Of a stretch of DNA of 64,000 nucleotides, positions 56,939 to 64,000 are shown piece after piece. This DNA comes from Balneolales bacterium (lineage in GTDB: Bacteria > Bacteroidota > Rhodothermia > Balneolales > Natronogracilivirgulaceae). The position numbers and the translations under genes are program-made. The first letter of the stretch is position 1. Every line of letters starts with the position of its first letter. The notes below the pieces were generated by a model. The model was not told where the DNA came from, did no database searches, and saw only the letters and a program-made list of their open reading frames with translations. The stretch spans positions 28,994 through 92,993 of the forward strand of contig SLOL01000057.1 of the NCBI GenBank assembly GCA_007132495.1, read 5' to 3'.

Positions 56939-57706
56939 ATGGCCTGCTCCCGGAAACCCAATTGCCATCACCCTTCCCGGGGTTTTCATTTTAAACAGAA
57001 CTCATCCTGTTCCGTGATAGCACAAAATATCGATAGCATAAAGCAACGCATCCGCGAAATCTGCGCCGGGTGTGGAAGAAATCCGGACGAGATTCGTCTG
57101 GTGGCGGTGACCAAGACCCATCCCGAAGATAAGATTCTGGAAGCCAGGCAGGCAGGGCTCTCCGAATTCGGCGAAAACCGGGTCCAGGAGCTGGTACCGA
57201 AAATGGACCGGCTCCCTTCCGACATCGTCTGGCATATGGTTGGAACCGTACAGACCAACAAGATCAAGGACATGGTGCATCGCGTGGACTGGATTCACTC
57301 CATTTCCAAAATCAAGTATCTCAGGGAGCTGGAAAAACGGGCTTCCCGTATCGACCGGCTTATCCGGGTGCTCATTCAGGTAAATATAAGCGACGAAGAC
57401 CAGAAAAGTGGCTGCAACGTCCGGGAACTGCCTGCAATTCTGGAATATGCCGCTGATCTAAAGCATGTTTCGGTTCACGGGCTGATGGGAATGGCCTCAT
57501 TTACGGACGACCGCGACCTGGTCAGGCGTCAGTTTACCGCGCTACGGCAGTACCGGGATGAACACCTGTCGTACGAAACCGATAACGTGCAGCTCCGGGA
57601 GTTGTCCATGGGCATGAGCGGCGACTATGACATCGCCATCGAAGAGGGAGCCACCATCATCCGGCTGGGCTCAACAATATTCGGCACACGAAGCTCTGAT
57701 CAGTGA
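56939..57706 (+). CDS. yggS: YggS family pyridoxal phosphate homeostasis protein
   Basis: RLVAVTKTHP (PLP lysine), GENRVQE and MGMSGDY motifs. The start is uncertain: ATG 56939, or GTG 57014 giving about 230 aa. Confidence 0.85.
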   Translation: MACSRKPNCHHPSRGFHFKQNSSCSVIAQNIDSIKQRIREICAGCGRNPDEIRLVAVTKTHPEDKILEARQAGLSEFGENRVQELVPKMDRLPSDIVWHMVGTVQTNKIKDMVHRVDWIHSISKIKYLRELEKRASRIDRLIRVLIQVNISDEDQKSGCNVRELPAILEYAADLKHVSVHGLMGMASFTDDRDLVRRQFTALRQYRDEHLSYETDNVQLRELSMGMSGDYDIAIEEGATIIRLGSTIFGTRSSDQ

Positions 57707-58001
57707 ACCCGCTAACCGGCTAATTTACTATTCTGCATCCCGCTGATTCGCAATCCAACTGATTTGCTATCTTACTGATCTGATTTCTTGCTTATTCGAT
57801 TTATTGCATATTTTATTACTTTGCAGTCACGCGATATTGTTGAAACCAATGCCACCGCTTCACGTAATAAATGGCATATGCAATCCGATGTACCAATATG
57901 GATCGCGACAACCGATTACCCCGAAGTCACTGTAATACCTTTACGGTCGAAATAGTGATTCTTCCGGGGATGGTCTCAATTGTCACATTTAAACCTGAAA
58001 T

Positions 58002-58340
58002 ATGGATATGACCCCTTTTGAAGCATTAGTCGCTATAACAGCCATCATTGCCGTCTTTGGTATCTCCGGGTACATCACGGTTATGATTATCAAACTCATC
58101 CGTGACTGGCTGGTGGGTCGCAAAACGCCCCAAATTAATGAATCCCATTTCCGTCGGCTCGAGGAGTACGAACAGCGTCTCGATCAGGTTGTGAAACGGG
58201 TACAAAATCTGGAAACCATTATCGTAGATGCCGATATCGGAAACCCGGAACTGCGGGAGCCGCAACCGGACACGCTCAACGACTTCGAAACCGCACAAAC
58301 GCGCTCCAATCGCCCGTTGAAAAACAAACTGCGCACGTGA
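58002..58340 (+). CDS. Small single-TM coiled-coil membrane protein (PspB-like architecture)
   Basis: 112 aa: the TM helix ALVAITAIIAVFGISGYITVMII, then the heptad region RLEEYEQRLDQVVKRVQNLETII. The resemblance to PspB is architectural only. Confidence 0.5.
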   Translation: MDMTPFEALVAITAIIAVFGISGYITVMIIKLIRDWLVGRKTPQINESHFRRLEEYEQRLDQVVKRVQNLETIIVDADIGNPELREPQPDTLNDFETAQTRSNRPLKNKLRT

Positions 58341-58379
58341 GGGTTTATATTGTAATGCAACCTTCACACCCTTAAATTG

Positions 58380-58421
58380 CAGAAAACAGAAGACAGAGAA
58401 CAGAGAGCAGAACACAGATGA
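58380..58421. repeat. Six consecutive heptanucleotides of form CAGANNN
   Basis: Direct reading gives cagaaaa cagaaga cagagaa cagagag cagaaca cagatga. It abuts the distal end of repeat copy B. Confidence 0.9.
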
Positions 58422-58525
58422 AGTGGCCATATCCGGTAATGGCGCCCAGGCACACCGGCGTATGATTAAGTACGGTCATGTCATTACATGTGACCGCTTG
58501 AAACAAAAATTATAAACACATGAAA
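58414..58525. repeat. Copy B of the roughly 110-nt intergenic element (inverted relative to copy A at 42151-42260)
   Basis: See copy A. The proximal end of this copy covers the divIVA start codon at 58520. Confidence 0.85.
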
Positions 58526-59146
58526 CTATCAGCTCTGGAAATCAAACAGCAATCATTTTCGAAATCGATTCGCGGTTACGACATGGCGGAGGTTCAGTCT
58601 TTTCTGAATGTTGTCTCCAATGAATGGGAACATTTGTCCAACAAGAACCGTGATCAGCAGCATGAAATCCAGCGACTGACTGAAAAACTGGAACACTATC
58701 AGAAGGTGGAGGAGGCGCTTCACGAAACGCTTCAGCAAGCCAAAGAGTCGGCTGAGCAGCGCATCAACAGCTCCAAACAGGATGCCCAGAACCGGATCGC
58801 AAAAGCCGATCTGGAAGCGGAGAAAATCGTCCGCAACGCCCAGCAGGAGCGGCAGGATATCCGGCGGAGCATACAACGGTTGCTGGACCGCCGCCAGGAG
58901 ATCATCCGGGGTATGGAGTCGTACCTCGATCTCGCTTCGGAATCACTTGAATCGTTCAAGCGGGACGACACAAATACTTACGCTCTGCCCGAAGATGAAC
59001 AAGAAGAGGTTGAATCCGCGTCGGGCGAACCTTCTTCTTCATCCGCAGGTAAGGAATCCGAATCATCCAATAGCGGTTCAAAAAAGTCTTCTCCCGCCCC
59101 CGGTGCCGAAGACCTGGACGACCTGCTTGATGACATTGATGAATAA
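58520..59146 (+). CDS. divIVA: DivIVA domain-containing protein
   Basis: MKLSALEIKQQSFSKSIRGYDMAEVQSFL is a canonical DivIVA N-terminus. It is followed by a coiled coil and an acidic tail. Confidence 0.85.
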   Translation: MKLSALEIKQQSFSKSIRGYDMAEVQSFLNVVSNEWEHLSNKNRDQQHEIQRLTEKLEHYQKVEEALHETLQQAKESAEQRINSSKQDAQNRIAKADLEAEKIVRNAQQERQDIRRSIQRLLDRRQEIIRGMESYLDLASESLESFKRDDTNTYALPEDEQEEVESASGEPSSSSAGKESESSNSGSKKSSPAPGAEDLDDLLDDIDE

Positions 59147-59243
59147 TACTATTATAAGGGCTTGTTTATTCCTATGGAGAACACGCACTCCTGGATGACT
59201 TGCTTGATAACATAGACGAATAATCCCACTTAGTAACTTATCT

Positions 59244-60083
59244 ATGCCAAATTTCGATTCTGTAGAAGCTTTTCATGAAAAACGCAGCGACGCTCTCGAC
59301 TATATAACCAAACAAACCGACTTTAAACCTGATTTTCTGATTATTCTCGGCACCGGACTGGGCCGACTTGCCGAGGAGATCACTGTTTCTCACGCCATTC
59401 CCTATGGTGACATCCCCCATTTTCCCACCTCTACGGTCGAAAGTCACGAAGGGAGACTTCTTTTCGGAACCCTGAGTGAAAAAAAGGTCGTGGCCATGCA
59501 GGGCCGTTTCCATTACTATGAAGGTTACACCATGCAGCAGATCGTGTTCCCGGTGAGAGTGCTCCACGAACTGGGTGCCCGGACACTAATGGTCTCCAAT
59601 GCCTGCGGCGGCATGAATCCCCTTTTTCGCCGGGGAGATATCATGTGCATCACCGACCACATCAATATGCTGGGAGATAACCCGCTGATCGGACCCAACG
59701 ACGACAGTCTGGGCGTCCGTTTCCCGGATATGAGTGAGCCTTATACCCCCGACCTGATTACCCTTGCCGAGAAAGTCGCCCTTGAAAAGGGGATACGGAT
59801 GCAGCAGGGGGTCTACATTGCCGTAACAGGTCCGCTTCTCGAAACCCGGGCCGAATACCGCTTTCTGCGCCAGATTGGCGGTGATGTTGTCGGAATGAGT
59901 ACGATACCCGAAGTTATTGCCGCTGTTCATATGGGAATGCAGTGTCTGGGAATATCGGTCATCACCGACGAATGTTTCCCCGATGCCCTTGAACCCGTTA
60001 AAATGCAGGATATCCTCGAGGCTGCAGATATGGCCGAACCCAAACTGACCAAGGTGATGAAAGGTGTTCTGGAAAAACTGTGA
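59244..60083 (+). CDS. Purine nucleoside phosphorylase (PunA/trimeric PNP family)
   Basis: ILGTGLG...HEGRLLFG...VAMQGRFHYYEGY...VSNACGG...VGMSTIPE motif series. Confidence 0.88.
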   Translation: MPNFDSVEAFHEKRSDALDYITKQTDFKPDFLIILGTGLGRLAEEITVSHAIPYGDIPHFPTSTVESHEGRLLFGTLSEKKVVAMQGRFHYYEGYTMQQIVFPVRVLHELGARTLMVSNACGGMNPLFRRGDIMCITDHINMLGDNPLIGPNDDSLGVRFPDMSEPYTPDLITLAEKVALEKGIRMQQGVYIAVTGPLLETRAEYRFLRQIGGDVVGMSTIPEVIAAVHMGMQCLGISVITDECFPDALEPVKMQDILEAADMAEPKLTKVMKGVLEKL

Positions 60084-60200
60084 TCGAAATTTGGTTAACT
60101 ATTGTTATCAATCCGGGCACGCCGAAATAAAGCCGGCAACAAGCCCGTTTACAATCCGTACTACAGAGTACTACTGATTTTCTTTTCAAAACTCCCGACC

Positions 60201-61004
60201 ATGTTTTCTTTTTCAAACTCTGATGACCACAACATCTGGGATGAACACGACTGGGAATCTCATATCAATGAGATGACGCGGAGACACGAGCACCTCCGTG
60301 ACCTGATCGAGACCGATCACGATCGACAGCCGCGCTGGCTGCATCACCTCAAAGAGTTACCCACCAAACTGGATGCTGTCGATGCCTTTATCGAAGAGGA
60401 ACTGCTCATTGAGGAGTCCCACTTCCCTGTCGAAGACGAATTTGACGATGATGATGACCAGCTCGACTTTTTGGAGGATGACGATGCCGACCTGTCCGAC
60501 GATGATGAGGCCGGTAACCTTTTCGGGGATGAGGATGACGAGTTCGACGATGACATTGACGATGTAGAGGAGCTTTTTGAGGATATCTTTGATGAGGAGG
60601 CTTCCGAAACATCCATGTACGATTACGCCTCCCTCGAAAATATCGCCATCTATACCGATGCCCGGGATTTTTCGGCGGATCTGCTGCTTTTTAATGACAG
60701 CAAGCCTCATTATATGGAACATCCCGAATTTATCCGTTTCGTATCGGACATTCTGCTCGTCAGTTCCAAAGTGGCAGCAGCCTATTCTATGGGATTTGAT
60801 CTTGAGGTATTGGGCGCCAATATCGCCTACTGCAAAAAAGCCCTTGAAAAAGCGAATCTCACCCTGGAGCATCTTCAAAAAATCAAAAACAATCCGGTGG
60901 ATGAACAGGATTACTTTATGCTCCATCGCAGACTGTTCGAACTTCGCAACAACATCGCCATTCATATACAGGATACCCGCCACTTTTTTAACAGCCAGAT
61001 CTGA
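60201..61004 (+). CDS. Hypothetical highly acidic protein
   Basis: Start set at ATG 60201 (MFSFSNSDDHN). It has a roughly 75-aa Asp/Glu run (EDEFDDDDDQLDFLEDDDADLSDDDE...) followed by a helical C-terminal domain. No motif recognised. Confidence 0.55.
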   Translation: MFSFSNSDDHNIWDEHDWESHINEMTRRHEHLRDLIETDHDRQPRWLHHLKELPTKLDAVDAFIEEELLIEESHFPVEDEFDDDDDQLDFLEDDDADLSDDDEAGNLFGDEDDEFDDDIDDVEELFEDIFDEEASETSMYDYASLENIAIYTDARDFSADLLLFNDSKPHYMEHPEFIRFVSDILLVSSKVAAAYSMGFDLEVLGANIAYCKKALEKANLTLEHLQKIKNNPVDEQDYFMLHRRLFELRNNIAIHIQDTRHFFNSQI

Positions 61005-61170
61005 ATTTCGGTACGGCCACATCGCTTGATTGCACTCCGGCCTGTCTGTTTTCTTCCCCTTCTGAGCCATTTCCCTCCCTTTTAGCTCATCTCCTGTAAG
61101 CATCCCGCCCCTCGCTGCTCTTCCATTGCAGATGCCGTTGACCGTTCAACGCCTCTGTAATTAAGCCGGT

Positions 61171-63588
61171 ATGTCTTCTGAAAATAACGTATCGATCCAT
61201 CCGGGTGCATATCCGGTTCTGCGAATAGCCCTGTTATATGCCGCAGGCATTGTCGCCGGGTGCTGGCTGCCTCCGGCAATACTTTTCGGGCATCTGTTTT
61301 GGACCCTGACCTCGATGCTGCTGATCGGCTTTTTCGTTCATTTCCATCATCTACCCCGGCTTAAGACGGTCGTTTACCTGTTATGTATCATCGCCCTGGG
61401 AGTCATGAAAACCCATTTGCATCAACACCCACCGGATCCGGAAGAACGACTCCTTGCGGTCTTTGATGCCGATGATTTGCATTACCACGGCACCATTCTG
61501 TCCGACCGCACCACCCGTTCGGATAACCTCATGGTCCGGGTGGAAATTGATTCTGTGCAAATCCGTGGACTTCCCACCTGGCTTCTTCCGTTTACCACCG
61601 AAGTACTGCTTCGAGACGAAGTTATCGCGTCCTTCGGGAGTCCGCTCCGGGAAGTGCCGACAGCCGGTAACTATATCCGGTTTCACGGTGACCTCCGGAA
61701 ACCGTCACCACCCGGGAACCCGCATCAGTTTGACTATTCCGCATACCTGGATCGCCAGGGAATTCACACTCAGGTTTTCGCTTCCAAAATTACGGATATC
61801 GACATCCGGCATCGCTCCGGTTTCTGGCTTTCTCAACAAATACGAATCAAAAAGGCCCTTTCATTGCTGTTTTCCGGGGATAACAGCGAACTGGCCAAAG
61901 CCATCATCCTGGGCGACCGTTCCGGGCTGGATCCGGATCTTCGCACGGGGTTTTCCAGAGCCGGACTCGCCCACCTTATGGCGGTATCGGGCATGCATGT
62001 GGGTTTTATACTGATGCCGGTCTGGTTTGTTCTGCCCTGGTTTCGGGGCTCACCTATTGCCCGGCTCGGAGGATTACTGCTCGGCGGCGGACTACTCCTG
62101 CTCTATGCCGGGATTACCGGTTTTTCGGTTTCTGTATCCCGGGCATCGGTGATGGCCTTTTTCATGATGATTGCGCGACTCTGTCATAAACCCGGAACCT
62201 CCATGAACATTCTCGGGGCGGCGGCACTGATCCTGTTGTTGTATGATCCAATGATGCTGTTCGATGTCGGTTTTCAGCTCTCTTTTCTGGCCGTTATCAT
62301 CATTCTCACAACACTCCCGGGAACCCGCTACCTGCTCCCTCCCTCGCACCGCTACCGCAAGACCGGAATGCTGTTCCAGTTCGTGATGGTCAGTGTACTC
62401 GTGCAGGGCGGACTCTATCCACTTCTGGTGCACTATTTCCAGGAATTCTCCCTGGCCGGACCCCTAAGCAATACACTGGCCGTCCCGTTTGTCCAGATGA
62501 TGTTCCTCTGGACGTTCGCCTGCCTGGGTACCTCCCTGCTTGAGCCGAATCTGGCAGCCATTCTCAATGTGCCCGGTGACCTGATATTGACGGCATTGAC
62601 CCGGTATGTCACGATAATCGGCACTCACTCCGCTGCCTGGATTGAAGCGACGCTTCCCGGCAACTGGATGTTCGGTCTCTGGTTTTTCGGTGTCGCCATT
62701 CTGGGAAGCCTGCGTATACCGGCCATCCGCTGGAAAATGGTGTGTGGACTGCTTTTCTGCCTGCTGATGCTGCAGGCCGGACAGGTTTACGACCAACTTC
62801 GGCGACCTGATTTCACGGTCACGTTCTTTGATGTGGGTCAGGCGGATGCCGTGCTGCTCCAAACCCCCGGAGGACAAAATTACCTTTATGATACGGGCCG
62901 CTGGACACCGCAATATGATTCGGGCGAACGGACACTGATCCCGGAGCTGAAAGCCATGGACATCAGGAAACTGGAGGGTATTATCTTGTCACACCCCCAT
63001 GCCGACCATATAGGCGGGATGGTAAGTTTGCTGAATGAGATGCCGGTGGATACGATTTACCAATCGCCTGAAACGCACGACACTGGACTATATCATCGGT
63101 ATATGAATCTGGCAAGAGAGAAAGAGGTGCCGGTTCGACTATTGTCAACCGGAGATCTTATCACCACGGATCCGGCTCTTCCGATGATGGTTCTGGCTCC
63201 ATCAGACGAAATTCCGGCACGTGATCCCAATAACCGGTCGGTGGTACTGTTGATCCAATACGGCGATACCCGTCTTCTTCTGGCCGGAGATGCGGAACAT
63301 GAAGCGGAATCCTACATGGTGGATCGTTTCGGCGGTTTTCTGCGCTCCGACCTGTTGAAAGTCGGGCATCATGGCAGCCGTACCAGTTCCACCACCGCTT
63401 TTTTATCTCATGTGAACGCACAAAAGGGCGTAGTCTCGCTCGCACGTCATAACCGTTACCACCATCCGCACCCCGAGGCGATGAAGCGTCTGCAACATTT
63501 CGGAATTATCAACCGCTTCACCAGTATCGATGGCGCGGTGATATTCCGGAGCGACGGGAGGGTGTTCGAGCATGTTCCATGGAGATAG
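61171..63588 (+). CDS. comEC: DNA internalization-related competence protein ComEC/Rec2
   Basis: N-terminal OB/DUF4131 region, a polytopic competence domain (GLAHLMAVSGMHVG) and a C-terminal MBL domain (FFDVGQADA...HPHADHIGG...VGHHGS). Confidence 0.88.
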   Translation: MSSENNVSIHPGAYPVLRIALLYAAGIVAGCWLPPAILFGHLFWTLTSMLLIGFFVHFHHLPRLKTVVYLLCIIALGVMKTHLHQHPPDPEERLLAVFDADDLHYHGTILSDRTTRSDNLMVRVEIDSVQIRGLPTWLLPFTTEVLLRDEVIASFGSPLREVPTAGNYIRFHGDLRKPSPPGNPHQFDYSAYLDRQGIHTQVFASKITDIDIRHRSGFWLSQQIRIKKALSLLFSGDNSELAKAIILGDRSGLDPDLRTGFSRAGLAHLMAVSGMHVGFILMPVWFVLPWFRGSPIARLGGLLLGGGLLLLYAGITGFSVSVSRASVMAFFMMIARLCHKPGTSMNILGAAALILLLYDPMMLFDVGFQLSFLAVIIILTTLPGTRYLLPPSHRYRKTGMLFQFVMVSVLVQGGLYPLLVHYFQEFSLAGPLSNTLAVPFVQMMFLWTFACLGTSLLEPNLAAILNVPGDLILTALTRYVTIIGTHSAAWIEATLPGNWMFGLWFFGVAILGSLRIPAIRWKMVCGLLFCLLMLQAGQVYDQLRRPDFTVTFFDVGQADAVLLQTPGGQNYLYDTGRWTPQYDSGERTLIPELKAMDIRKLEGIILSHPHADHIGGMVSLLNEMPVDTIYQSPETHDTGLYHRYMNLAREKEVPVRLLSTGDLITTDPALPMMVLAPSDEIPARDPNNRSVVLLIQYGDTRLLLAGDAEHEAESYMVDRFGGFLRSDLLKVGHHGSRTSSTTAFLSHVNAQKGVVSLARHNRYHHPHPEAMKRLQHFGIINRFTSIDGAVIFRSDGRVFEHVPWR

Positions 63589-63766
63589 TCCGCGCATGCA
63601 GCTGATTATTCACACTGATGAACGAACCTTTCAATAAATCTGTTTTACTCAACGTTTGAATGTTCAGCTGGTTCATAAATAAATTCACCTCATCGACAGA
63701 TCGTTGAAACAGCAGACATTCTGAATCAACAGACATACGGATTAACTTCATTTCTTTCAGTACACC

Positions 63767-64000
63767 ATGGACCGGTATTTGCAGTTTCTGATTTTCTTCA
63801 CCATCCTTGCCTCCATATTAGGTTTCATGCAGTGGTATCTCTTGCGGGCCTATCTCAGTTGGCTCCAAAAAGTTGCCACTGACAAAGGTTATGTAGTGCT
63901 TCGTGCGGCGGGAATGTACATCCTTTTTGCGGGAAACCTGATTTTTCTGCTTCGTTTTCCATCCACCGAAATGGGGTGGTATCAAAGCACACTGTTCCAA
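63767..64000 (+). CDS. Membrane protein, N-terminal fragment (continues beyond the window)
   Basis: My own translation from ATG 63767 gives MDRYLQFLIFFTILASILGFMQWYLL...AAGMYILFAGNLIFLL. The frame stays open to the window end. It is missing from the ORF track because there is no in-window stop. It shows at least two TM helices; the product is unknown. Confidence 0.5.
   Translation, partial: MDRYLQFLIFFTILASILGFMQWYLLRAYLSWLQKVATDKGYVVLRAAGMYILFAGNLIFLLRFPSTEMGWYQSTLFQ

Noticed and set aside
63700-63745. ACAGA/CAGACAT words upstream of the last gene, considered as a third CAGA heptad array
   Set aside because: The words are not in a constant 7-nt phase (spacings of 14 and 19 nt), so the pattern is not distinguishable from chance.

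Overview
This 64-kb chromosomal segment carries about 60 protein genes, one tRNA-Leu(UAG) and the RNase P RNA (neither RNA is visible in the ORF track). The gene content points to an FCB-group bacterium (Bacteroidota, Balneolota or Rhodothermota-like). Supporting genes are the T9SS components PorX and PorQ, a DUF349 protein, a roughly 950-aa LptD and mlaEFD. Many acidic or Pro-rich disordered inserts hint at a halophile.

The region is overwhelmingly housekeeping:
- tRNA-Leu/tig/clpP/clpX, ribD-ribE, rsmD-coaD
- aroC, prfC, smpB, nif3, yggS, divIVA
- comEA and comEC

I found no mobile elements, CRISPR arrays, integrases or recognisable defence or toxin islands, so I do not claim a new multi-gene system. 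The features that annotation does not explain are mostly non-coding:
- A roughly 110-nt element occurs twice in inverted orientation with a 36-nt near-perfect core. One copy lies upstream of divIVA, the other in the 470-nt comEA/porX spacer.
- Two arrays of CAGA-phased heptanucleotide repeats, plus several other intergenic tandem repeats.
- A strong intrinsic-terminator hairpin inside the 5' leader of a sodium:solute symporter gene.
- Short duplications of the 3' ends of two genes.

Protein-level oddities:
- Two unrelated zinc-ribbon families have lost their Cys ligands. One of them lies in a co-directional nif3 / DUF164-like / rnpB cluster.
- A thiamine diphosphokinase gene abuts an SSF transporter gene.
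- Three response-regulator fusion proteins: RR-MBL hydrolase, RR-cyclase and PorX.
- An 881-aa protein combining two GT2 domains with TPR repeats.

All product calls come from motif recognition by eye, with no database searches.
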